DNA of 64,000 nt from Felis catus (lineage: Eukaryota), in contig NC_058368.1 of assembly GCF_018350175.1 (NCBI RefSeq), positions 146,942,001 to 147,006,000 of the forward strand, written 5' to 3'. A program made the position numbers and the translations under genes. Below the pieces are notes generated by a model, which worked only from the letters and a program-made list of their open reading frames with translations, was not told where the DNA came from and made no database searches. Every line of letters begins with the position of its first letter. The stretch's first letter is position 1. This document shows, piece after piece, positions 13,576 to 26,800 of this stretch.

Positions 13576-14257
13576 GTTCGTGGCAGATTTTCAGCTTAGT
13601 GGAAGGGAACTCATTTACCAATTTTGTTCTCTAATGTGCAATTATTGTTAGGATTTGATGGGAGAAAAAAATGAGGAATGTGGTCTATATAATGCTGTTA
13701 AGAATTTCTTTCCTTCTTTCTTTATTTAATACTATCAAGTCTGGCTTTTTCAAATGGAAAAAAAGCTACTTGGAAAAGGAATTCACTAAGTTTCACTTAA
13801 AAAACTTTGAATTCTCAAACTGAGTATGAAGACAGAGTGATAAATAATAATCAATGGACAAATACAGATTTATAAGCTAGAAGCAAAATTCTTTCCCAAA
13901 TGAATATAATGCCATATAGAGAAGACATGACATACTTCCTTATTTACAAAGACATTCTAATTGTCTGTGGGATGTTTTCTCATCCATCTGAGAAATATGG
14001 ATGTTATATAGAAGTAGGAGATCAAAAGAGCCTCTTTACCCAGATAGAGGTACACAGATAGAGGTAATATTTCACTATGTGCTAAAAAGGGGCTCATATT
14101 TGGTGATTTATTCATTTATTAAACACATTTTTATGGACATCAACTCTGTGTCAAGTATTGGTTCTAGAAATAGAGGACTGAAGAGAGAACAGAGTTTCTG
14201 TTCTTATGAGGCATATATTTTAGATGGAGTAGATAATAAAGAGATAATAGGGCAATA

Positions 14258-15015
14258 CAGTAAAACCTTGGATTGTGAGTAACCTGTACTGTGCATGTTC
14301 TGCAAGACGAGCAAACATTCATTTCTAATAAATTTTAACTTGGTAAAGAGCGATGTCTTGCAATACGAGTAGTTTCTGATGCTGAAAATCACATGATCAC
14401 TACTGAGACAATGGTTCTTCTCTCTCTTTCTCACTGCGGGATTGTGGGTGATCTTCTCCCATACTCAAATGCTTGGTCTCAGGCTGTGGTGTTTGGCAGA
14501 AATCAGTGATTTTTCAGAACATTGGAAGGTGCCCACAACCGGCACTAGTGTATTTTTTGTGCCTTCAAAGCACCTATGGACAGTCCTTTGCTTTTCCATA
14601 TAAGAGTAAGCTTAGGAATGCTCTGCTTCATTCTAGGTAATTGAATAGGTTCTTTGTTAAAGTTGCACAAAAATAAAGAGATTCCACTGAGCCAATAGAT
14701 AGCAATGATTTTGTTAGTGATAGGGAAAGTTGTCTCTTATGCAAGAACCCTCTTCTGTCATCTCCCTCACACCAGCCATGAAGGTTTTCAAACGTAAGAG
14801 TAGGTTAATTTTTTTGTTTATATTTTGTATTTTCTTTATTATTTTGTATTGTATTATACTATTGTAATCATTTTTATATGAATATTTTTGGCTTGTGGAA
14901 GGGATCATCTGAGTTTCCTTCACTACTTAAGGGGAAATTTGCTTTGATATACAAGTGTTTTGGATTACAGACAAGTTTCTGGAGTGAATTATGTTCACAA
15001 ACTAAGGTTTTACTG
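14258..15015. mobile_element. TcMar/Tigger-type non-autonomous DNA transposon (~760 bp) with terminal inverted repeats
   Basis: Left CAGTAAAACCTTGGATTGTGA; right end reverse-complements to CAGTAAAACCTTAGTTTGTGA; TA immediately left, TT on the right; no transposase ORF. Confidence 0.85.
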
Positions 15016-15306
15016 TTTATCATATATCATATGGTGCAAACAAAGGGGGGTTGGGATTTCAAGACTGCCACTGGAGGTCTTAGTATATATTTATTTATAA
15101 TTCATAAATAATTTGTAAATAAAATTTATAACATGCCCACCAGTAAGATTTTTCTCTCAATATACATATACACACATGTATGTATGTATAAATATATGTC
15201 TATGTGTACATATGTATTTGCAGAGAATACCTCACTGATGGGGTAGCATCTGAGCTGGTCAACATGCTGACACCGTAAGTCAAACAAATTTTAAAAATCC
15301 CTTTCA

Positions 15307-15528
15307 GGGGCGCCTGGGTGGCGCAGTCGGTTAAGCGTCCGACTTCAGCCAGGTCACGATCTCGCGGTCCGGGAGTTCGAGCCCCGCGTCAGGCTCTGGG
15401 CTGATGGCTCAGGGCCTGGAGCCTGTTTCCGATTCTGTGTCTCCCTCTCTCTCTGCCCCTCCCCCGTTCATGCTCTGTCTCTCTCTGTCCCAAAAATAAA
15501 ATAAAACGTTGAAAAAAAAATTTAAAAA
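15307..15528 (+). mobile_element. Young felid CAN-SINE
   Basis: CpG-rich consensus-like SINE; TSD AAAAATCCCTTTCA (15293-15306 / 15529-15542). Confidence 0.97.
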
Positions 15529-16725
15529 AAAAATCCCTTTCAAAATTTTCTCTTCACTCCTTGGGGCAAGACACACAAGGTCACCTTAATTGTTAGTTTT
15601 TTTCAACATATGTTTTCTTGGTACTTGATATTGAACAATCACGCCACTACTACCTCACCTCCAATCTGCCATCCCCTCTTCTGCATTATTCGTAATTGCT
15701 TATGGCTTATCTACTTCTGGCTCTGCCTGGAGTGCCTACTATTTGATGATTCTGGATGCTATGAATAGCATGTTTGGGCAAAGATCCACTTCATTTGCAA
15801 CACACTTCAATTATAAGAAAACTTTTAAAACTAATGTTTCCTTGCTAATTCCTTTCTCATACTTGGTTTTCTCTTTTTTTTGTTTAGCAGATGTGTTTTC
15901 ATTACACACCCATTTGGCAATTTTGAAACAAGTTCACAACAGAGCCCATTTTCTAAACAAATCTGCACAAATATGCAAACTGTGAACATGACATTCAGCT
16001 CTACAGCTGCAACCACCAAAGAATAAATAGTTTTTAAGAATTACCATGAGATTGAAAATTAAAATTCATATTCAGGGCAGTATCATCAAACACTATTACC
16101 TGTCTTGATTCCCAGAAAATGTTATCATATTTATTTATAATAGCAGTGATTTCAAAGTATTTTAAAATGTACTTCTTTAGTTTACTAGTATGAAATATGA
16201 AAATATGTCAAGTCAAATCTAAGCACATTTTAAAAATTACTTTCATTGCTTTTAAAGTTGCAAGTCTATCATGGGCTATCCTATAGAACTCTCTGTAATG
16301 GATTCAATTATTCAAAGTACTCATGTGAGTTTGTATTACAAGCTTTATCTACTGTTAATAAATGAGTTCCCTGATAAAAACAATGTGAGTGAAATACTAA
16401 TCTGAAGTTATTTTATATCAGAATGAGGAAGCAAAGATAAAAAAAAAAAAAAGGTCGCAAGGCACACTCAAACTGGCATTCAAGATGTAACTGTTTCTTG
16501 TGTACAAACAAGTACACTGATAGCATAGGGTCCCCGATTCTCCTTCTAGATCCTTAAGATTCAAAAAGCACATGGAAATAACAAGTCCTCCCTCAGTTTC
16601 CCTAGCTTTCAATAATGTTTTTTATATTCAGCAGTATGCTAAGGAAAATCATTAAGTTGACATCTTACTAGGGCAGTGATGTCCATTTATTACATGGAAT
16701 TCAACTCTTCCATTTGTAAGGAATA

Positions 16726-19700
16726 GGAGGGAACCAAGATGGCTGAACATCATGGAAGTTTTTTTGCCTTTGTCATCCCTGAAATGTAGCCAGATCAACA
16801 CCAAACCATCTTGCACACCTAGAAAACTGATTTGAGGATTAACACAACAATCTGCACAACTTGAACCACACAACTCTGCAGGTACCTGACGTGGAGAGGT
16901 GAACTGGGGGAGAGGGAATCTGCAGAGGGCAGGGAGCTAGTTTTGCTTGTGGAGACAGGACGGAAACGGGCAGAGTATGGGAAAAGCAACATTTGCCCCA
17001 CCAAAAGCAGCTGGAGAGAAAGAGGAAGAGTGGGAACATCTGCAAAATAGTGGACAGAAAAGGGAGAAAGGAGAGGGTTTAAATTCTATGAAGACTCTAT
17101 AAACAGGGGGAGTGCAGAGTCTGAGGCTCTGTAGCTTGATACCTGGCAGTGCTCTGGTGGGAAGGGTGAACCCCCAGGAGCAAAGATGGAGGTCCAAGAG
17201 GTCCTCTGGTCACATGGAGAGAGGTGGTTCCCCTCCTGGGAAGACATTTGGTAGAGCCTGTATGGCCACCGCACAGGCAAGGGTCCACGTGGACACCAGA
17301 CGTCCACATTCACTGGTGTTGGAACAAGAATGATGGGGATGAAGCTTTGTGCCAGATGTGTGTTGTGATTTTCTCGAGTCCCTAAAACAGTGCTGCTACA
17401 TGTGTGAACTTTTTTGGGGGTGGGATAGTGCCCAGCTGCAGTCTCTACATATTGGCAGCAGCATGGTTGCACAAATATTCCTGGGGGCAGCCGGTACCCT
17501 GCCATTGCTCAACAAGAACCAGCCCCAAAGGGACTGAGAGGGTCAAGGCTGCAGTCCCTCAGAAGTGAGAGGTTGAGAAACACCACCCCATCTGAGATAA
17601 AACTCAGGAGGGAAGTGCCTCCTGGCAGCCTGACAGCTTTGTCACAGACAGTGTAGGTGTGGGGAGTACATGGAATCTGTAGACAAAGGAGGGGTGCTTG
17701 ATTTACAGTCTGGGAAAGCACAGAGTTCTGAAACTAGAGACTGGCTAGCGGGGTGATGCCATTTTCACCCCTCTCGCGCATGTGCATACATGCCTACACC
17801 CACTGCAACAATCCACCGCAGTAAGCTAAGCAGCACCATCTAGTGGAGAATGGAACAATTACCCTAAGCCTCACCCAACTGGGCAACCACACTCTTGAGG
17901 AGCACAAGTGTCTCCACCTGCTTACTTTATGGATTATAAAGTGCTTCATAATTTGACTTCTAGGGGAAAATGGATGTAATTTCAATCATATTTCACTCTG
18001 TTCGCTGCTCCATCTATTAATTTTTTTCCTTTTTCTTATTCTTGAATATACAAAGAGAAAACTTATTTTTATTTTCCATTTTTATATAAAAAATTTTCCT
18101 TAATATTTTTCTATTATATTTTTCACTTTTTTGTAATTCTATTTTTAAATTCTATTTTACTTTTATCATCTCATCTTATTCTATTTTATTGTATTCACTT
18201 TTCAAATTTCAACTGTTTTCCTTTTTTCCTTTATATTCTTTTCTTTCCCTTTTTTCTTTATTTTATCAAACTTCTTTCAACAACCAGACCAAAACATACC
18301 TAGTATCTAGCATCCTTTATTTGCTTGTTTTATGTTTTTTTTTAATTTTTTAATTTTTATTTTTTTACTTTATTAATTTCTTTTCTTCCTTCAAAATGAC
18401 AAAATGAAGGAATTCCCCCCAAAACAAAGAACAGGAAGAAATGACAGCCAGGTACTTAACACAGATACAAGCAATGTGTCTTAAGCAGAATTTAGAATCA
18501 TGATAGTAAGAACACTAGCTGGGGTTGAAAATAGATTACAATCCCTTTCTGTGGAGATAAAAGCTAGTCAGGATGACATAAAAAATGCTATACCCGAGCT
18601 GCAATCTCAAATGAATGCCACAGTGGCAAGGATGGATGAGGCAGAGCAGGGAATCAGCAATATAAAGGACAAACTTATGGAGAATAATGAAGCAGAAAAA
18701 AGAGGGAGACTAAGACAAAAAAGCACAATGTAAGAATTACAGAACTCAGTGAATCATTAAAAAGGAATAACATCAGAATCATAGGGTTCCCAGAAGATGA
18801 AGAGAGAGAAAAAGGGGTAGAAGGTTGATGGAAGGGAATCCTAGCAGAAAACTTTCCTAACCTGGGGACACAGGTTAGACACAGACATCCAAATCCAGGA
18901 AGAACAGATAACTCCTATTAGATTCAACAAAAACAACCATCAACAAGGCATATCATAGTCAGATTCAAGAAATACTCAGGAAAGGAAAGAATGATGAAAG
19001 CAGCAAGGGAAGAAGTCCTAACCGACAAGGGAAGACAGATCAGGTTCACAGCAGACCTATTTACAGAAACTTGGCAGGCAAGAAAGGAGTGGCAGGATAT
19101 ACTCAATGTGCTGAATCAGAAAAATATGAAGCCAAGAATTCTTTATCCAGCAAGGCTGTCATTCAAAATAGAAGGAGAAATAAAAACTTTCCCAGACAAA
19201 CAAAAAGAGAAGGACTTCATGACCACTAAACCAGCCCTGCAAGAAATTTTAAGGGGGACACTCTGAGGGGAGAAAAGATGGGGGAAAAAAGCCAAAAGCA
19301 ACAAAGACATAAAGGCCCAGAGACCACCACCAGAAACTCCAAATTTACAGGTAACATAATGGCAATTAATCCATACTTTCAGTACTCACTCTAAACATCA
19401 ATGGATTAAATGCTCCAGTCAAAAATCATAGGGTAATAGCATGGACAAGAAAACAAGATCCATCAATATGCTGTATACAAGAGACCCATTTTAGACCTAA
19501 AGACACCTTCAGATTCAAAGTAAGGGGATGGAGAACCATCTATCATGCTAATGGTCACCACAAGAAAGCCAGAGTAGCCATACTTTTATCAGACAATCTA
19601 TACTTTAAAATATGGAGTGTAACAGAGATGAAAAAGGGCATTATACCATAATTAAGAGATCCACCAAGAAGACCTAACAATTGTAAACATTTATGCCACC

Positions 19701-21018
19701 AACATGGTATCATCTAAATATATAAAAGTAATCACAAACATAAAGAAATTAATTCATAATAATACCATAATAGTAGGGGACTTCAACACCCCACTTACAA
19801 CAATGGAGAGATCATCTAAACAGAAAATCAACAATGAAACAGTGGCTTTGAATGACACACCGGCTCAATGGACTTAACAGATATATACAGAACATTTTAT
19901 CCTAAAGCAGCAGAATACACATTCTTTAAGTGCACATGAAACATCCTCCAGAATAGATCACGTACTGGGACATAAATCAGCCCTCAACAAGCACAAAAAG
20001 ACTGAGATCATACCATGCATATTTTTAGACAACAATGCTATGAAACTCAAAATCAACCACAAGAAAATATTTGGACAAATACTTGGAGACTAAAGAACAT
20101 CCTACTAAAGAATGAATGGGCTAACAAGAAGTGAAAGAGGAAATTAAAAAGTACATGGAAGCCAAAGAAAATGATAATACCACAGCCCAAAACCTCTGGT
20201 ATGCAGCAATGGCAGTCCTAAGAGGGAAGTATATAGCAATCCAGGCCTTCCTAAAGAAGGAAGAAAGGTCTCAGGTACACAACCTAATGTTACATCTTCA
20301 AGAGCTGGAAAGAGAACAGCAAATAAAACCCCAAACCAGCCAAACACAGGAAATAATAAAGATTAGAGCAGAAAGCAATACTATGGAAACCAAAAACAAA
20401 CAAACAACAACAACACAAACCCCAGTAGAACAGGTCAATGACACCAGAAGCTGGTTCTTTAAAAGAATTAACAAAATTGATAAACCCCTAGCCAGTTTTA
20501 TCCAAAAGAAAGAGGAAAAGACCCAAATAAATAAAACCAAGAATTAAAGAGGAGAGATCACAACCAACACAGCAGAAATAAAAGCAATAATAAGAGAATA
20601 TTATGAGCAATTATATGCCAATAAAATGGGCAATCTGGAAGAAATGGAAAAATTCCTAGAAATATATAAACTACCAAAACTGAAACAAGAATAGAAAATT
20701 TGAACAGACCCATAACCAGTAAAGAAATTGAACTAGCAATCAAAAATATCCCAAAAAACAAGAGTCTAGGGCCAGATGGCTTTCCAGGGGAATTCTACAA
20801 ACATTTAAAGAAGAGTTAACACGTATTCTTTTGAAGCTGTTCCAAAAAAATAGAAATGGAAGGAAAACTTCCAAACTCATTTTATGAAGCCAGAATTACC
20901 TTGATTCCAAAACCAGACAAAGACCCCACTAAAAAGGGTAACTAGAGACCAATTTCCCTGATGAACATGGAAGAAAAATTCTCAACAGGATACTAGCCAA
21001 CCGGATCCAACAATACAT
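16726..21018 (+). mobile_element. LINE-1 with intact 5' end, truncated mid-ORF2, disabled
   Basis: GGAGGGAACCAAGATGGC start; long 5'UTR with a T-rich tract; ORF1 remnant ~18395-19266 (ADLFTETWQARKEWQDI...PALQEILRGTL); ORF2 from ~19359 stops near the start of the RT domain. Confidence 0.95.
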
Positions 21019-21318
21019 ATAAAATACCAGTACTCATCCAAACAAGTGCCCTCCTTAATGTCCATCACCCATTTAGCCCATCGCCCCACTCAAGACTTCT
21101 CCAGCAACCTTCAGTTTTTTCCCTGTATTTAAGGGTCTCTGATGGTGTGTTTCCCTGTTTTTATATTTTTCCTTCGTTTCTCCTATGTTCATCTGCTTTG
21201 TTTCTTAAATTCCACATATGAGTGAAATCATATGATATTTATCTTTCTCTAACTTATATTGCTTACTTCCATCCCTGCTGTTGTTAATGGCAAGATTTCA
21301 TTATTTTTGATTGCCAAA
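21014..21318 (-). mobile_element. Antisense L1 3' fragment (ORF2 end/3'UTR) fused tail-to-tail with the preceding L1
   Basis: CCAGTACTCATCCAAACAAGTGCCCTCC...TTCCACATATGAGTGAAATCATATG is the reverse complement of the L1 3'UTR seen at 30100-30330 and 62700-62910. Confidence 0.9.
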
Positions 21319-22364
21319 TCCTTTTTAAAATCTAGATATACACAAAAAATAAATAAATCTCTATATATTTTTGAAATGGACAGAATTTCAGTGGTTCCAT
21401 TTTATACACGAGACTCTTATATCTGTCTAGATTAATCAGGAATAACTTCCTTTTCCAGAAGTGGGTTATTTTCTTTCAAATGTTAAGTCTATGGGAACAG
21501 GAACTTGTCTCATCCCTATATTGTCTCTTGCATGACATCATTGGTGCTACCCCTGATAAGCAAGACCTGGAGATGAGAGGATGTCCCCTGCCAAGGGTTG
21601 ATAACCTAACAAAGTCTACTCATTTCCTAGTTGAGTTGATTCTTTCCTCTCAGATAAGATGATCTGGAATTGAGGAAACTGTGTGCCACGAGGGACAACC
21701 AAGAGTCCAGTGAATCAATGACATCTAGGCTGAGCAAATTTGCCAAACCAGTAGGTGTAGTATATGCTAACTTTGTGAATGCTTCATTTCTCTTGGAGGG
21801 CAGAAAAACATGGCACCTAGCTCTGCATGGCTATCATTCACACCCACTCCTGGACTTGAATTGGCACAAAAGAAGTATACATTGTTACTGAAAATACATA
21901 TAATCTAATAGTCTTAGGAGCTGGGAAGCAACAGCAAATAAGAGAGGAGGTTCCTGTCCTCAGAAGGCAAACTTTTCTGCCTAGAAGCAAACATTTTGGT
22001 AGGGCTCTTCTTACCCTTGATCGGTTGCTGAAAAAAATATATATCTCAGCAAAGAGGAAATCTTCCCTTTGGGTTAGGGCCTGTTAAAATCACCTGTCTT
22101 ATGTCATCCCAAAATGCTGCTATGGGCTAACCAAGTTGTAGCCACACAAAACCTCTTCCTGAACTACCATGCTTTCCTTTGCTTAGATGACTTTGCACCT
22201 ACTGTTTTCCTAGAAATCTAGTCATTCTTCTAGGATATTTTCAACCATTGCTTTCTTTGCAGAGCCCTCTTCAACTTACCAGAGAGAGCAAATCAGTCCC
22301 TCTGTTGTATTGCCCTGAGCATTGAAGAAGCCAGAAAGCATAAGCTTTCCTTTCAAGGAGTCAG

Positions 22365-22540
22365 AATTGAGAATGCTTAGGTTTGAAGACCAGCTCTGCT
22401 ACACTTTGCTGTTTGATAATGAAATAGTTGTATAAACTCTCCAGGCTTCAATTTCCTCAACTAAATTAGAGAATAGGTTTACTGGGCACATTTGTGAAAT
22501 AACCTACTTAACCATATAGTAAGCACTCAATTCATTAGCT
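22365..22540 (+). mobile_element. MIR remnant
   Basis: GCTTCAATTTCCTCAACTAAA and ATAGTAAGCACTCAA, MIR core/3' motifs. Confidence 0.6.
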
Positions 22541-22644
22541 AAAAATATATTAGTGATTGCTTTCATTCTTTGGTGGTGTAATTACTTGCTATATATCAGG
22601 CTATTTTTGTGTGTGTGAATCTTTCAAAGAAGATTTAAAAACCC

Positions 22645-23200
22645 AATTTAGAACATTTCTCACCTCTGCTCAAACTCTTACAGTGGCTCCCTTCTCATTC
22701 AGAGTAAAAGTGAAAGTCATTACAATAACCTATAATAAGACACTAGGGAATCTGTCCCCTTTTACCTCTCTGTCCCCACCTCCTACTCCTCTTTCTGTCC
22801 CATACGCTACTCCAGCCATTCTGGCTTCCATGCTGTTCTTCCACTTTACCAATCTCCTGTCTCTGAGCTTTTGTGCTCATTCCCTTTCCCTGGAATGATC
22901 TTCCTGCAGCCATCCTCCCTGATTCCTCTTTTACCTCCTTCACCATCTTTTCAATGGAGAACCATTCTTCCCTGTCACTTGCAATTGGTGTATGCCTCCC
23001 AACATTACTCTTTAGTCCATTTTCTTGCTTTATTTTTCTTTACAACACGTGTTATTGCTGTGTATCCTGTTTATTGTCTATTCCTCCCCCTAGAACTTAC
23101 ATCATAGGGTAGAAATTTGTGTGTCTTTTACTCACGACCAAAATGTTGAGTATCTTGAGTAGTGCCTGGCATATAGGAGATATTCAGTAATTATTGTTGG
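22645..23200 (+). mobile_element. LINE-2 3' remnant
   Basis: CTCTGCTCAAACTCTTACAGTGGCTCCC ... TAGTGCCTGGCATATAGGAGATATTCAGTAATTATTG, L2 3' end pattern. Confidence 0.7.
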
Positions 23201-23867
23201 GGAAAAAAAAGTCATCTTCCTCCTGCCCCCAGAGTCCCTCCACAGTTTCATTTATAGCAGATATTCTGTAGCTACTAATTTGTCTTACGCAAAAACCTTG
23301 CAGTAGGTGAGCAAAGTTAATAGGTTACCTAATCAGTTTTTATCTTTAACAATGACTATAAAAGATGATTTCCTCTGTGGACAAGTCTTTCTACTCCATG
23401 GAACTACAGATTCTCACTGTTCACATCAGAATCATTTCAGAAACCCCTCATGAAAGTGTTTCTTATTTAATGATTGCCCCCTATAATTCTTTTCAGCTAG
23501 AGAGTGTAGAAAATTTTATCTGACATTAAGGTGTGTGTGCTTTTCCCCCTGACTCTGGAAGCATGAAAGAAGGTATAACTTACCCTTGAAGTTTGAAAAT
23601 TTTTAATTTGGACTTCCAAATTATAAGAACTTTTCAGGAGGTTTAGATGACACATGCTAGTTTCCAATCAAGCACCAATGTCATATTTAAAAGGGGTTAA
23701 AACAACTAATTCTAGTGTAGTATCAGATTGAAGTTACCATTTATAGGAGTTGGCTTTCCCATTACTCCACTCCTATTACCATTCAAGAATTAAGTCTATA
23801 GCCAGGTTTTTTTTATTCATTTGCTCTCATTTGCTGACTATTTTTAAAGATAAATTGTATAGATTTT

Positions 23868-26800
23868 GAGGGGCCAACATGGTGAAGTAGGGCGATCCCA
23901 AGTTCTCTTGTCTCCCAAACAAAGCAATATTGAGGCCAAAGGAATTTGAACTCCAAGAGTCCAGGCAGAAAAGTGACAAAGATGCTTCCAGGGACCTACT
24001 AGGACAACCTGATAGGCCACAGGTGCGTGGTTGTGAACTTTGAGAGATAAAAGGAACAGAGGGAAAGGATCCCCTTCTGCGAAGAGACAAAGAGAAGAGA
24101 AAGAGAGGCTGTGGAAGTGTAGGCCTGTATCTGGACAAGAGAAAAATCACAGAACTGGAAAGAGAAAGATCCAATCTCTAAATGAGGGGCTTTCTCTGTA
24201 CTGGGGCCGGCTGCCTTGTTCATGCACCTGGGGAGGAGGAAAGCCAGCCCTGGGCTCGGTAACTAGTTCAGAGGTGCAGTCCTCAGTGGGAGAAAACAAT
24301 CCCCTCCTTGGAGTTCTGTGGCAAGAAAATATATATCCACTCAATGGAGTGAAACGTCCCCGAAACAGGGGTGGATGGAGTGGGAACCTGAAACACATTG
24401 GGGTTTAAATCCTAGCCAAGGGCCAGGGAAGCACAGGACATGCTTGTTTGTGCCCACAGCACAGTGAGCTCATTCCCTTTCCCTTGTTTGTGTCCGCAGC
24501 ACAGTGAGGGCAGCCTGAACAGAATGGTTTGGGACCCCCAGTCCATGGAAAGAGAGTGGGATGTTTGCATTTTTCTCCCCATTACCAACAAGGTAGGACT
24601 TCAGGGAATGGAGAGTGGACCCACAGTGGAGGCGGGACCTGCCTACACCAAACTACATCCCTCCACGCCTGGTAACTGCCTATTTCCAAGAGTGGGATTG
24701 TAGCTGACAAACCAGACAGCCCCTCCTCCAGACCAGCACTGTTGCATTGTCTGATTTAATTCTTGGACAACTCTTATTATATAGATATATTCTTCCTTCC
24801 TTTTCTCCTCATCTCTTCCCTTCTCTAGTCTGGTTACTCTGGTTATTGGTTTGTTTAAGCAGACATATTTAACCTATTCTCTTGATACATGTTCTACACC
24901 TCCTTTATTTCCCTTTCTTTCTCTCTCTCTGGATTAAGCCACATAGTTTCTCTGGTCAAATTTTATTTTCTCTTATTTTCCTCCACCCCTGTCATTTCTC
25001 CCTTTGTATGGGATAAGGCCTCTTCCATCAACCCTCCCTCCACCTTATTGTTTACTTGTAGCTGATGTTTATGTTTTTGTTTGTCTGTTTGTTTTACTTT
25101 TCAGGGCTACTTCAAGGAAAAATCAAAGTACACTTGGTGAAGAGTCCAGAACATTACTAGGAGTAGGTAGATAAAGTAACCAAAGTCACAACAACAGAGA
25201 ACAAGTAACACTCTCCAAAAAACACTTCCTGAAGGGCCAGGCCCTGGACAGTGTGTGACTCCTCTTTAATACAGTAGTGCTCGCAGGTGCAGGGTACATA
25301 ACAAGCTTTTAAAACATAAGGGACAGAAAACTAGCCAAAATGGCAAAACTGAAACATTATCCTCAAAAGAAATTCCAGGAGGAAATGACAGCTAAAGAAT
25401 TGATCAAAACAGATATAAACAATATAACTGAACAAGAATTGAGAATAGTAGTCATAAGATTAATCACTGGGCTTTAAAAAAGCATAGAAGAGAGCAGAGA
25501 ATCTATTGCTGCAGAGATCAAGGGACTAAAAAATAGTCATGATGATTAAAAATGCTGTAAATGAGCTCCAAAATAAACTAAGGGCAGTAACAGTGAGGAC
25601 TGAAGCAGCAAAGGGGAAATTAAGTGAAAGAGAAGGTGAAATTAGGGAAAAATATGAAGCTGAGAAAAAGATTAAAAAAAATTCTGGAACATGAGGGGAG
25701 AATTAGAGAACTAAAACGATTCAATGAAATGGAGTAATATCCATACCCTAGAAGTTCCAGAAGTAGTTCCAGAAGAAGTAGTTCCCTTATAGAGAAAGGG
25801 GCTGAAGGTATATTTGAACAAATCATAGCTGATAACTTCCCCAATTTGAGGAAGGAAACAGACATTGAAATCCAGGAGGCACAGAAAATTCCAGTTCTTC
25901 AAGTTACTTCAGACATAACTTGAATCATTCTTCATGACGTATCATAGTGAAACTGGCAAAATACAAAGATAAAGAGAGAATTCTAAAAGAAGCTAGGGAT
26001 AAATGGGCCTTAGCCTACAAGGGTAAACACATAAGGGTAGTAGCAGACCTATCTACTGAAACTTGGCAGGCCAGAAAGTAGTGGCAGGAAATTTTCAATG
26101 TGCTGAATAGGAAAAATGTGCAGCCAAGAATCCTTTACCCAGAAAACCTATCATTCAGAATAGAAGGAGAGATAAAGGTTTTTCCAAACAAGCAAAAACT
26201 GAAGGAATTCATCACCACTAAACCAGCTCTACAAGAGATCCTAAGGGGGACTCTGTGATTAAAATGTTGCAAGGACCACAAAGTACCAGATACATCACTG
26301 CAAGCACGAAACCTACAGATAACACAATGACTCAAACCCATATATTTCAATAAGAACACTGAATGTAAATGGACTAAATGCTGCAATCAAAATACATAGG
26401 GCATCAGAATTGATAAAAAACCAAACAAAACAAGACCTATCCATTTGCTGGCTACAAGAGACCCATTTTCTACTAGAGGACACCTTCAGATTCAAAGCGA
26501 GGGGATGGAGAAACATCTATCATGCTATTGGAAGTTAAAAGAAAGCTGGAGTAGCCATACTTACATCAGACAAACTAGATTTTAAACTTAAGGTTGTAAC
26601 AAGAGATGACAAAGGGCATTATATCGTAATTATGGGGTCTATCCATCAAGAAGACCTAACAATTATAAATGTTAATGCACCCAATTCAGAAGCACCCAAA
26701 TATATAAAATAATCACAAACATAAACAATCTTATTGGTAAGAATGTGGTAATTGCAGGGGACTTTAATACTCCACTTAAAGCAATGGACAGATCATCTAG

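Noticed and set aside
25748..25786. Short tandem GAAGTAGTTCCA repeats in L1 ORF1
   Set aside because: Ordinary slippage duplication in a dead element.
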